From positions 7,049-71,048 of the forward strand of contig PBKD01000004.1 in assembly GCA_002722055.1 (NCBI GenBank): 64,000 nucleotides of DNA. The letters run 5' to 3'. The notes under the pieces are model-generated. The model worked only from the letters and a program-made list of their open reading frames with translations, made no database searches and was not told the origin of the DNA. The position numbers and the translations under genes were made by a program. This document shows positions 41,089 through 50,277 of this stretch, one piece after another (position 1 is the first letter of the stretch; each line of letters begins with the position of its first letter). Source of the DNA: Rhodospirillaceae bacterium (GTDB lineage: Bacteria; Pseudomonadota; Alphaproteobacteria; SHVP01).

Positions 41089-41949
41089 ATGGACAAAATA
41101 AACAAATATTTATTTATAGTAGTTAGCTTAATACTAGCTTCCTTCTTTTTTCTTGCTACTGGCATATATGCTCAGACCTATACAACTGTTATTGGTGGAG
41201 AAGGCCAGCCAGAAGTAGAAGTGAATCTTAATTCAATACATAATAAAACCAGATCATCTAATAAACTTAAATATCCTGGACAGAAAATTAGTAAAAAGAT
41301 AACGCTAGTTTGGCCCAAGAATATAAAAGAAATCTCAAATACTCCAAATAAAAAAATAATGTCTAAAGAAGTAATGCAAAATGCGCCAATCGAAAAAGTC
41401 TCTAGAGAAAAATTATATTCAAAGAATTTAAAAAAACTAGAGAGATCAACAGTTATTAGAGATAACAGAAGCAAAAGAAAAATTAAAATCATTCAAAAAG
41501 AACCATTGACTTCTGAAAAAATAATTAATCCCAAAAGGACAGAACTAAAATTACCTAATAAAATTAAGGAAGCTAAAACTTTCAATAGTCAAAGTGATAA
41601 AATTAGTAGACTGGATAATAAATCAAAATTATCAGAGTCAAACAATTTTCAGAGAATAATTTTTAAGCCTACCCAAACTAATCTGGACAAAAAATACCTA
41701 TCGGAATTATCAAAAATTGCATCAATGTCAATTAGACAAAATTCACGGATACAAATTAAAGCATACGCGAGTACTTCAGGAAATAGACCTACATACGCTC
41801 GGAGAGTCTCACTATCTAGAGCTTTAGCTATTAGAACTGAGCTTATACAATTCGGAGTTAACTCAACCAATATAGATGTTAGAGCATTAGGTGAAGTAAA
41901 TGATGGAAATCAAACTGACAGAGTTGATGTCTCAATAATGCCACAATAA
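41089..41949 (+). CDS. secreted or periplasmic OmpA-family protein with a Lys-rich linker (first gene of the stator-like module)
   Basis: N-terminal signal peptide ('...FFFLATGIYA|QT'), a low-complexity K-rich region of about 170 aa, and a C-terminal OmpA_C-like domain ('IKAYASTSGNRPTYARRVSLSRALAIRTELIQFGV'). Confidence 0.6.
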   Translation: MDKINKYLFIVVSLILASFFFLATGIYAQTYTTVIGGEGQPEVEVNLNSIHNKTRSSNKLKYPGQKISKKITLVWPKNIKEISNTPNKKIMSKEVMQNAPIEKVSREKLYSKNLKKLERSTVIRDNRSKRKIKIIQKEPLTSEKIINPKRTELKLPNKIKEAKTFNSQSDKISRLDNKSKLSESNNFQRIIFKPTQTNLDKKYLSELSKIASMSIRQNSRIQIKAYASTSGNRPTYARRVSLSRALAIRTELIQFGVNSTNIDVRALGEVNDGNQTDRVDVSIMPQ

Positions 41950-41982
41950 TATAATAGCTTAAAATTTTGAAATATTAAAATA

Positions 41983-43122
41983 ATGTCAAAAACGCACAAC
42001 ATAATTATACGTATGTCAGGGTTTGTAATCATTGTTATTGCTATTGCAGTATTTTTGAATGATCCTCTTAAACAAGCTTTTCTTGCTAATCCTGCCATTA
42101 ATGGATTAATCATTGGAGTATTATTAGTTGGGATAATTTATGTCTTCAGACAAGTATTTTTATTAAGTCCAGAGATAAAATGGATAACTAGTTATAAGAA
42201 AAACTCATCTTTAATTTTTGAACAAAAACCTCCTAGAATGCTTGCCCCAATGGCTACTATGTTAGGAGATAGTAAACTTAAAAAAAACCTATCTACATTA
42301 TCTATGCGGACACTTCTTGATGGAATTTCTTCTAGACTTGATGAATCAAGAGAAATATCAAGGTATGTAACCGGTTTACTCATTTTTTTAGGATTGTTGG
42401 GAACATTTTGGGGCCTACTGGAAACCATAACATCTGTTACTAGCGCGATTTCAACTCTAAAAATAGACGGCGATGATTTTACTAGTCAATTTAACATGCT
42501 TAAGTCAGGCCTAGAAGCTCCTCTAAAAGGGATGGGAACAGCTTTCTCATCCTCTCTTTTTGGATTAACAGGTTCATTAATATTAGGTTTCCTGGACCTT
42601 CAAGCGGGACAAGCTCAAAATAGATTTTATAATGAACTTGAAGAATGGCTTTCAAAGAAAACACAGCTTACATCCTCAAATACAATAATTGATGGAGAAC
42701 AGTCTGTTCCAGTTTATGTTCAAGCTTTGCTTGAGCAAACAGTTGAAAATTTAGATAACCTTAGAAGAACTGTTGCTTCAGCTGAAACAAGCAGAAAAAA
42801 CACAGATAAGGTAATTTTATCACTACAAGAGGGCTTAGCAACACTTACAGAACAAACAAAAACAGAACAAGATTTAATGGTTAAGCTTGTAGAGAGCCAA
42901 ATAGATATGAAGCCAATTTTAGAGAGAATTTCTGAAACTGAGAATTCAATTTCACTTAAAAATCTTCAATTACATTTAAAAAATATAGAGAATTATAGTA
43001 GCCAGTTAGTCCAAAGCACCACAAAGGGGCAAGAGCAAATGCTTTATGAACTAAGAAGTGAATTCAAATTACTTGCTAAGACCTTAGCAGCTTCTATGAC
43101 AAATATTAGAAAGAAAGACTGA
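41983..43122 (+). CDS. MotA/TolQ/ExbB-family proton-channel protein with C-terminal coiled-coil tail
   Basis: A 2+2 TM topology with a cytoplasmic loop, plus the signature 'LGLLGTFWGLLETI' and 'GMGTAFSSSLFGLTGSLILGF' (compare tolQ 'GLFGTVWGIM' in this window). The tail of about 150 aa is helical and heptad-like. Confidence 0.65.
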   Translation: MSKTHNIIIRMSGFVIIVIAIAVFLNDPLKQAFLANPAINGLIIGVLLVGIIYVFRQVFLLSPEIKWITSYKKNSSLIFEQKPPRMLAPMATMLGDSKLKKNLSTLSMRTLLDGISSRLDESREISRYVTGLLIFLGLLGTFWGLLETITSVTSAISTLKIDGDDFTSQFNMLKSGLEAPLKGMGTAFSSSLFGLTGSLILGFLDLQAGQAQNRFYNELEEWLSKKTQLTSSNTIIDGEQSVPVYVQALLEQTVENLDNLRRTVASAETSRKNTDKVILSLQEGLATLTEQTKTEQDLMVKLVESQIDMKPILERISETENSISLKNLQLHLKNIENYSSQLVQSTTKGQEQMLYELRSEFKLLAKTLAASMTNIRKKD

Positions 43123-43130
43123 GGGATATA

Positions 43131-44405
43131 TTGTCAAGAAGAGGTAAAGGCACTATTTCTCAAAATTACTGGCCAGGTTTTGTTGATGCATTAGCTGCAT
43201 TATTACTAGTTATTGTATTTTTATTAGTAGTTTTTGTGCTTGCGCAGATTTTTCTTACTGAAGCACTATCTGGTAGGGACAAAGCTCTTGAAGAACTAAA
43301 CTCTGAAATTATTAATTTAACAGACTCACTCTCTTTAGAGAAAAAAAATAATGAAGAAATTAGATTAAAGGTAATCAATCTAGAAGAGAGCTTAGATAAA
43401 ACAATTATGGAGAAAAAAAACATCTTAGATGATCTTTCAAAGAAGGAAATAATAATTTCAACGAAAGAAAATTATATTGAAGAATTTAAAAAGGAAATTA
43501 AGAATCAAGATGATACTATAAAAGAAAATCTTATTAAATTTAAAAATTTAGAAGAAAAGAATTATAAACTATCCTTCGATTTAGAGAAATCAAAGAAAAA
43601 GATTTTTGAGTTAAACACTAGCACAAATGAGATAAGTCAAGCTCTTGAAGAAACAAAAGTCATCTTGACTAGACTAAAAGGGCGAGAAAAAGAATTAGAA
43701 AGTAAATTAATTTTAGAGAATAGTAGAGCTATTGAAAATAAGAATAAACTTGAAGTCGCAAAAAATGAATCAAATAAGAACACCAAAATAATAAATAATT
43801 TAAATGCACAAATAGCTGCTTTGAGAGCTCAGCTTGAAGCGCTTCAAAATGTTCTAGATAAAGCTGAAGAACAGGATAAAAAACAAAAAGTAATTATTTC
43901 AGATTTGGGTAATAAACTAAATAAGGCTTTAGCTCAAAAAGTGCAGGAACTTTCAAAATACCGCTCAGAATTTTTTGGTAAGCTTAGAGAAGTTTTAGGT
44001 GATAGAAAGGATATTTTAATTGTAGGAGATAGGTTTGTACTACAATCAGAAGTACTTTTCAGTTCTGGCTCAGCACAACTAGAGGATGAAGGAAAAGTTA
44101 AACTAATTGATATAGCAAAAACACTTCTAGAAATTATACCTTCTATTCCTTCTGAAATTAATTGGATACTTAGAGTGGATGGGCATACTGACTCGAGACC
44201 GATAAATAACAATAATTTTGCATCGAATTGGGAATTATCCAGTGCTAGATCATCAAATGTAGTAAAATTTTTAATCAAAGCAGGCATACCGCCCAAAAAC
44301 TTAGCCGCAACCGGCTTCGCAAGCTTCCAACCATTAGACTCAGGCAATGATGAGATATCATTTAGGAGGAATAGAAGAATAGAATTTAAATTTACTGAAA
44401 AATAA
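43131..44405 (+). CDS. MotB-like protein: N-terminal TM with conserved Asp, coiled coil of about 245 aa, C-terminal OmpA/MotB peptidoglycan-binding domain
   Basis: 'YWPGFVDALAALLLVIVFLLVVF' is a TM helix with the Asp, as in MotB/TolR/ExbD. The OmpA_C core is '...FVLQSEVLFSSGSAQL...ILRVDGHTDSRP...SNWELSSARSSNV'. TTG start with a GAGGG Shine-Dalgarno 5 nt upstream, 8 nt after the preceding gene. Confidence 0.65.
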   Translation: MSRRGKGTISQNYWPGFVDALAALLLVIVFLLVVFVLAQIFLTEALSGRDKALEELNSEIINLTDSLSLEKKNNEEIRLKVINLEESLDKTIMEKKNILDDLSKKEIIISTKENYIEEFKKEIKNQDDTIKENLIKFKNLEEKNYKLSFDLEKSKKKIFELNTSTNEISQALEETKVILTRLKGREKELESKLILENSRAIENKNKLEVAKNESNKNTKIINNLNAQIAALRAQLEALQNVLDKAEEQDKKQKVIISDLGNKLNKALAQKVQELSKYRSEFFGKLREVLGDRKDILIVGDRFVLQSEVLFSSGSAQLEDEGKVKLIDIAKTLLEIIPSIPSEINWILRVDGHTDSRPINNNNFASNWELSSARSSNVVKFLIKAGIPPKNLAATGFASFQPLDSGNDEISFRRNRRIEFKFTEK

Positions 44406-44433
44406 ATCTTTGATTTAATATTTAATATTTGCC

Positions 44434-46251
44434 CTAATTGACCTCTCTTAAATTTATATTTTTAAATTGCATCTTTGACAACTTTGCATATAGACCACCC
44501 TCTTTCATAAGCTCTTCATGAGTGCCTTGAGAAATAATTAAACCTTTATCAAGAACTATAATTCTATCAGCTTTCTGAATTGTACTTAGTCTATGAGCTA
44601 TGATTATTGTAGTTCTATTTTTTAAAACTTTTTCCAGAGAAGCCTGGATAATAGACTCATTCTCTGTGTCGAGGGAACTTGTTGCTTCATCAAGTAATAA
44701 TAAGGAAGGGTTATGTAAAACTGATCTAGCAATCGCAATTCTTTGTTTTTGCCCACCTGATAATTTTACTCCTCTTTCTCCAAGGTTTGTATTATATCCA
44801 TCTGGCAATCTGTCTATAAATTCAGTTGCTGCTGCAACCTGTGCAGCTGAAATGATTTCTGCCTCAGAGGCATTTGGCTTGCTATACGATATATTTTTCC
44901 AGACATCGGTATCAAAAATTACCGGCTCTTGGGGGACGACTCCTATATTTGATCTTAATTCGCGAGGATCAACTCTTATAATATTTAAATTATCGAAACT
45001 AATATAACCGCTCTTAGGGTCGTAGAATCTTAATATTAATTGAAAAATAGTACTTTTACCAGAACCAGAAGGTCCAACAAGCGCAACTGTTTCGCCACTT
45101 TTTATCTCAAGAGAAAAATTGTTTAAAACATTGATTTCTGGTCTTGATGGATATGCAAATGTAACATTTTTGAATTCTAAATTGCCATGAGGATTAGTAT
45201 TAATTTTAAGAGGATTATTGGGAACCTTAATATTTGATTTGGCAGAAAGTAATTCTGAAATTCTTTCTGATGCTCCTGCTGCTTTTTGCAAGTCACCATA
45301 TACCTCTGATAAAGCAGCAGCCGAAGCAGCAGTCATTATTGCATATACAACAAAAGCACCTAAATCTCCTGCCGTCATATCTCCAACCATTACGTCTGAT
45401 GCCCCTATCCATAAAACTGAAACAACTGATCCAAATGCAACTGCAATAACTGCGAAGGTTAAAAGACCTCTAGCCATAATCTGTTTTTTTGCCTTACTAA
45501 AACTAGAGTTCACTCTACCTACAAATCTAGAAAACTCTATATCTTCTCTTACGTAAGACTGAACAGTTCTAATTTCTTTTAAGGTCTCATCAGCAACAGA
45601 ATTGACATTTGCTATTGCTGCTTGAGTTTCACGAGATAAACTTCTTACTCTTTTTCCAAATATGATAAGAGGTAAAATAATTAAGGGAACTGAAATCATT
45701 ATTAATAGAGATAATTTGAAACTAGTTATATTTAACATTATCAACCCTCCTATTAATAACATTAAATTTCTAAGAGCAATTGAAGCACCTGCTCCAACAA
45801 TTGATTGTATTAAAGTAGTATCAATAGATATTCTTGATAAAACTTCGGTAGTTTTATTTATTTCAAAATAACTTGGACTAAGTGCAATTACTTTTTTATA
45901 GATTGAAGCACGTAGGTCAGAGACTACCCTCTCTCCTAACCACATAACCAGATAGTACCTCATAAAGGTTGCAACTGAAATAATTAATACAACTAAATAT
46001 GCTAAAATTATGATTTCACTTAAGCCCCTAGATCCTTCTTCAAAACCTCTATCTATTAATAATTGAATTACTCTACCTATACCTAGTGTTCCAATTGCAG
46101 CACCAATTAGTGCTATAATTGCTAAGATCATAGTTTTCCAATAAGGCCTTGCAAAATTAAACAACAACTTTAAATGTTTTAATTCTTTGCTTTTTGCTCT
46201 TTCACTGGAAACATCGAGTGATCCCCCATAGGTGGATGATTTACGTGCCAA
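44434..46251 (-). CDS. ABC transporter, fused permease/ATP-binding exporter (ABCB/MsbA-like)
   Basis: Six-TM domain followed by Walker A 'GPSGSGKST', signature 'LSGGQKQR' and Walker B 'LLLDEATS'. Confidence 0.85.
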   Translation of the reverse strand: MARKSSTYGGSLDVSSERAKSKELKHLKLLFNFARPYWKTMILAIIALIGAAIGTLGIGRVIQLLIDRGFEEGSRGLSEIIILAYLVVLIISVATFMRYYLVMWLGERVVSDLRASIYKKVIALSPSYFEINKTTEVLSRISIDTTLIQSIVGAGASIALRNLMLLIGGLIMLNITSFKLSLLIMISVPLIILPLIIFGKRVRSLSRETQAAIANVNSVADETLKEIRTVQSYVREDIEFSRFVGRVNSSFSKAKKQIMARGLLTFAVIAVAFGSVVSVLWIGASDVMVGDMTAGDLGAFVVYAIMTAASAAALSEVYGDLQKAAGASERISELLSAKSNIKVPNNPLKINTNPHGNLEFKNVTFAYPSRPEINVLNNFSLEIKSGETVALVGPSGSGKSTIFQLILRFYDPKSGYISFDNLNIIRVDPRELRSNIGVVPQEPVIFDTDVWKNISYSKPNASEAEIISAAQVAAATEFIDRLPDGYNTNLGERGVKLSGGQKQRIAIARSVLHNPSLLLLDEATSSLDTENESIIQASLEKVLKNRTTIIIAHRLSTIQKADRIIVLDKGLIISQGTHEELMKEGGLYAKLSKMQFKNINLREVN

Positions 46252-46375
46252 CTTATTTCTCCCATAAAAAAGAGAGGATATTATTAATTTTCATTTTTTT
46301 CAAATATCTTGATTAACATTTTCTTGAATTAACTGCCAACTTACTGCTATAAGGACTATATTGTAGGAGCTGATT

Positions 46376-46600
46376 ATGAAAAAAGACATTCACCCTGAGT
46401 ACCATGAAATTAACGTAGTTATGACTGATGGATCAGAATTTAAGACTAAATCAACATGGGGTAAGGAAGGTGACACTCTCACGCTTGATATTGATGCAAA
46501 GTCTCATCCCGCATGGACAGGGGGACAACAAAGACTGGTTGATACCGGAGGACAAGTCGCTAAATTTAATAAACGCTTTGAAGGCTTAAAAATTAAATAA
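46376..46600 (+). CDS. rpmE: 50S ribosomal protein L31
   Basis: '[12 protein letters not shown]...' is the canonical L31 N-terminus. 74 aa. Confidence 0.95.
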   Translation: MKKDIHPEYHEINVVMTDGSEFKTKSTWGKEGDTLTLDIDAKSHPAWTGGQQRLVDTGGQVAKFNKRFEGLKIK

Positions 46601-46611
46601 TCAATTTGTAT

Positions 46612-47037
46612 TTATGTCAGATTTCTTATTTTTTCTCTGAATGAATCCGGTAATCGCACTGATTTTCTGGTTTTCCTATCAACATATACATGCACAAAAT
46701 AGCCTGTCGCACACGGCTCACTTTCCCCCTTTTTGAATAAACCTATATTATACTTAATACTTGAATTACCCAATTTATCAATTATGAAAGCTGCCTCAAT
46801 TATATCGGGAAAATTTATAGGTTTATGATATGTGCACGAAGTTTCAACTACCAAACCAATTATTTCACTTTTGTTATAATCAAGAAGGTCGAGCTCAATC
46901 AAGGCACGATTAACTGCCGTATCAAAAAATGAATAATATATTACATTATTAATGTGACCATAAACATCATTATCCATCCATCTAGTAGGAATTTCTAAAA
47001 AGTATTTATAATCTTCTTTTTTATGTGATTTAATCAT
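46612..47037 (-). CDS. acyl-CoA thioesterase, hot-dog fold (4HBT-like)
   Basis: About 140 aa with 'MDNDVYGHINNVIYYSFFDTA', a typical 4HBT/YbgC-like motif. Confidence 0.7.
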   Translation of the reverse strand: MIKSHKKEDYKYFLEIPTRWMDNDVYGHINNVIYYSFFDTAVNRALIELDLLDYNKSEIIGLVVETSCTYHKPINFPDIIEAAFIIDKLGNSSIKYNIGLFKKGESEPCATGYFVHVYVDRKTRKSVRLPDSFREKIRNLT

Positions 47038-47070
47038 TAAAATAAAACTCCCTAGAAATAAACTAAAGGT

Positions 47071-47262
47071 TTAACTCTTCTTTTTAAATAATAAATTAGC
47101 CTCTCCTAGTGCAAAACTTTTATTTGATATTTCCTTATTGGTTCTTTTAATTTCCTGCTCCAAAAATATAATATACTCATTTAATTCATCCTTGGAGAAA
47201 TTAGTTAAATTTACACAAAAATATTCTTGCTTTTTTTTATTTTCAATATCATCATCGTCCAT
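47071..47262 (-). CDS. DUF1192-family small coiled-coil protein
   Basis: From the internal Met: 'MDDDDIENKKK...LTNFSKDELNEYIIFLEQEIKRTNKEI...LFKKKS'. Acidic N-terminus plus a short coiled coil, as in the alphaproteobacterial DUF1192. The longer track ORF would overlap the divergent redoxin gene. Confidence 0.5.
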   Translation of the reverse strand: MDDDDIENKKKQEYFCVNLTNFSKDELNEYIIFLEQEIKRTNKEISNKSFALGEANLLFKKKS

Positions 47263-47346
47263 CTGTAAACCTGCTCTAAAATGCAATGTTTTCTTTATAC
47301 TATATAAAATAGATTTTTTTAATCTTAAATAAATCTGGGCGCAATA

Positions 47347-47904
47347 ATGACAAAAAAACAACTAATTTTTCCAGGATCTAAAACACCAGACCTACAATTA
47401 AATTCATTAAAAATTGAAAATTGGTCTTTAAGCACTTCTAGACCAGATAACTTTACGTTGATTATAATATATAGGGGTTTACACTGTCCTATCTGTAGGG
47501 ATTACCTAAAGGAATTTGATGAAAAAATTGATAAATTTAATGAGCTTGGGACAAATTTAATTGCAATTAGCACAGATGACTATAAACGTGCTTTGCAATC
47601 TTTTAATGAATGGGGTCTAGAGAGTATAAATATAGGTTACAATCTTAGCCCAGAAAAAGCCCTTGAATGGGGCTTATTTCTATCTAGAGGAATCCCAAAC
47701 TCTTCATTAAAAATTGCTGAGCCCAAAATCTTTGTTGAACCAGCCTTGTTTCTCGTAGACTATGACTTGAAACTTTACTTTTCAAATATTCAATCAATGC
47801 CGTTCACAAGACCACCAGTAAGTCAATTGTTAACGGGCATTAAGTTTGCTATAGATAAAGATTATCCTCCAAGGGGAACCTTAAAGTATTTGAAAAAAAT
47901 TTAA
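47347..47904 (+). CDS. peroxiredoxin-like / redoxin-family protein (CxxC)
   Basis: Thioredoxin-fold spacing with 'YRGLHCPICRDYLKEF'. About 185 aa. Confidence 0.55.
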   Translation: MTKKQLIFPGSKTPDLQLNSLKIENWSLSTSRPDNFTLIIIYRGLHCPICRDYLKEFDEKIDKFNELGTNLIAISTDDYKRALQSFNEWGLESINIGYNLSPEKALEWGLFLSRGIPNSSLKIAEPKIFVEPALFLVDYDLKLYFSNIQSMPFTRPPVSQLLTGIKFAIDKDYPPRGTLKYLKKI

Positions 47905-47942
47905 CAATGTATAGAATATAAATAATATTTTATGAGGTAAAA

Positions 47943-48551
47943 ATGACACAACCCCTAATGCCAAAAGCCACTGCAGTTTGGTTGATAGACAATACATCTT
48001 TAACATTTGACCAGATTGGAACATTTTGTGGCCTTCACACTCTTGAAATTCAAGGGATAGCTGACGGCGAAGTTGCTTTGGGAATAGTTGGAAGAGACCC
48101 AATTGCTCAAGGTGAACTTACCCAAGAAGAAATAAACAGATGTGAAAATGATAAAGAACAAAAACTTGGTATTAATAAAACTGATATTTTCTTAGGTAGA
48201 AAGGATAACGAACAAAGATATACTCCCTTATCAAAAAGGCAAAATAGACCCGATGCAATAGCCTGGCTAATAAAATACCATCCAGAATTATCTGATGCTC
48301 AGGTCTGTAGACTAGTTGGCACTACAAAACCAACTGTTTCATCTGTTAGGGATAGAACTCATTGGAATATGGCAAATTTAAAATTAATGGACCCAGTCAC
48401 TCTTGGTATGTGTTCTCAAACTAACCTTGATACTGAAATAAAAAAAGCAGTAAAAAAACTTAAAAATAAACAAATCAGAGATGAAAAAGCAGCTAAATTA
48501 GCAAAAGAAACCTCTCAGAATGTATTAAATAATGACCCTGAAAAAATTTAA
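47943..48551 (+). CDS. DUF1013-family protein (conserved alphaproteobacterial, function unknown)
   Basis: 'MPKATAVWLIDNTSLTFDQIGTFCGLH...' matches the hallmark N-terminus of DUF1013 proteins as I recall it. Confidence 0.55.
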   Translation: MTQPLMPKATAVWLIDNTSLTFDQIGTFCGLHTLEIQGIADGEVALGIVGRDPIAQGELTQEEINRCENDKEQKLGINKTDIFLGRKDNEQRYTPLSKRQNRPDAIAWLIKYHPELSDAQVCRLVGTTKPTVSSVRDRTHWNMANLKLMDPVTLGMCSQTNLDTEIKKAVKKLKNKQIRDEKAAKLAKETSQNVLNNDPEKI

Positions 48552-48620
48552 TTTTCTATTAAATTTACATTGATAATGTTTTTTTGAACTTATTTTTTTT
48601 TATAAATCTCATTTTTAATT

Positions 48621-50249
48621 ATGAATAATAAAGAAAAAAATATATTTGAAGATTATCTAAGCAAGTGTGAAGCTAATTATCAACCATTATCGCCTATTAC
48701 TTTTCTTAAAAGAACAGCTGATACATTCCCCAACAAAAAAGCTATTATATATGAAAATACAACTTATACATATGATAGTTTTTTTAAGAGATGCAAAAAA
48801 CTTGCATCTGCATTAGTAAATATCGGGGTCAAAAAAGGCACAACTGTATCAATACTTTGTCCTAATACCCCACCAATGCTTGAAGCACACTATGCTATTC
48901 CAATGACTAAAGGTGTATTAAATTGTTTGAATATTCGGTTAGATGCTAAGACTCTATCATTTATTATTGATCATAGCGAAACAAAAATACTCATATATGA
49001 TACAGAATTTGAAAAAATTGTAATGGATATAGTTGGGTTTTCAAAAAATCCATTAATATTAATATGCATTGAAGATATATTTAGTAATAATTTGAAGCTA
49101 GAAAATACTATCGATTATGAAAATTTTTTAAATAGTGGCGAAGAAAATTTTAATTATAAACTTCCTGATGATGAATGGGATGCTATTACTTTAAATTATA
49201 CATCTGGCACGACTGGAAATCCTAAAGGGGTTATTTATCATCACAGAGGCGCATATTTACAAGCTATAGGAAATCATCTCGCTTGGAATATGCAAAATCA
49301 CCCTGTTTATTTATGGACACTACCTATGTTTCATTGCAACGGTTGGTGTTTTCCCTGGACTATAAGCATAGCTATGGGCACACATGTTTGTATAAGAAAG
49401 CTGGATATAAATAAAATATTTAGTTTAATTATAAAACATAACATATCTCATTTATGTGGTGCCCCAATAGTTTTGAACATGATCTCAAATTTACAAAATA
49501 TAAAACCCGTTAAATTCAAAAATAAAATACATATTGCAACTGCAGCTGCACCACCCCCATCTACAGTAATAAAAAAAATTGAAGACTTAGGTTTTGAAGT
49601 AACACATTTATATGGTTTAACAGAAACTTATGGCCCATCTGTTGTGAATGAATGGGATCCTAAATGGAATAATATGAATCCAAGTGAAAGGTCAAAAATA
49701 AAAGCGAGACAAGGAGTAAAATATCAAACATTAGAGAACCTTTCAGTCAATGATCCTAATACACTTAAACCTATTCCATTTGATGGAAAAACTATAGGAG
49801 AAGTAATGTTTAAAGGAAATGTTGTAATGAAAGGTTATTTAAAAAATTCAAAAGCTACAAATGAGGCTTTTTCTGGCGGCTGGTTTCATTCAGGTGATCT
49901 AGGTGTAACACACCCTGATGGGTACATAGAACTAAAAGACAGATCTAAAGATGTTATCATATCTGGAGGAGAAAATATCTCATCTATAGAGCTTGAGGAA
50001 ATTATTTCTCAAAATGAATCTGTGCTAGAAGTAGCGGTTGTTGGCAAGAATGACGAGAAATGGGGTGAGGTTCCTTGTGCATTTATAAAGCTTAAAGATA
50101 ATATGAAAATTACCGAAGATGACATTATCAAATTTTGCTATGAAAATATGGCTAGATTTAAAGTGCCAAAAAAAATAATTTTTTCTGATCTCCCAAAAAC
50201 ATCTACTGGAAAAATACAAAAATTTAAATTACGTGATCAAATAAATTAA
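48621..50249 (+). CDS. AMP-dependent acyl-CoA synthetase/ligase (ANL superfamily, medium-chain type)
   Basis: AMP-binding motif 'YTSGTTGNPKGV', 'GYGLTE', and a C-terminal 'GWFHSGDLG...GGENISSIELE' region. Confidence 0.85.
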   Translation: MNNKEKNIFEDYLSKCEANYQPLSPITFLKRTADTFPNKKAIIYENTTYTYDSFFKRCKKLASALVNIGVKKGTTVSILCPNTPPMLEAHYAIPMTKGVLNCLNIRLDAKTLSFIIDHSETKILIYDTEFEKIVMDIVGFSKNPLILICIEDIFSNNLKLENTIDYENFLNSGEENFNYKLPDDEWDAITLNYTSGTTGNPKGVIYHHRGAYLQAIGNHLAWNMQNHPVYLWTLPMFHCNGWCFPWTISIAMGTHVCIRKLDINKIFSLIIKHNISHLCGAPIVLNMISNLQNIKPVKFKNKIHIATAAAPPPSTVIKKIEDLGFEVTHLYGLTETYGPSVVNEWDPKWNNMNPSERSKIKARQGVKYQTLENLSVNDPNTLKPIPFDGKTIGEVMFKGNVVMKGYLKNSKATNEAFSGGWFHSGDLGVTHPDGYIELKDRSKDVIISGGENISSIELEEIISQNESVLEVAVVGKNDEKWGEVPCAFIKLKDNMKITEDDIIKFCYENMARFKVPKKIIFSDLPKTSTGKIQKFKLRDQIN

Positions 50250-50277
50250 TTTACAAAAAATACTCCTTACACTTTGT

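Noticed and set aside
41983-44405. Calling the MotA/MotB-like pair a Zorya anti-phage system
   Set aside because: There are no ZorC/D/E-type effector genes, and the MotA-like tail is only about 150 aa. The locus is flanked by core genes (suhB, rpmE) rather than lying in an island. I kept it as an unknown stator-like module instead.
44434-46251. ABC exporter as part of the stator-like module
   Set aside because: It is convergently oriented and is a generic MsbA-type half-transporter. Adjacency alone does not support a link.
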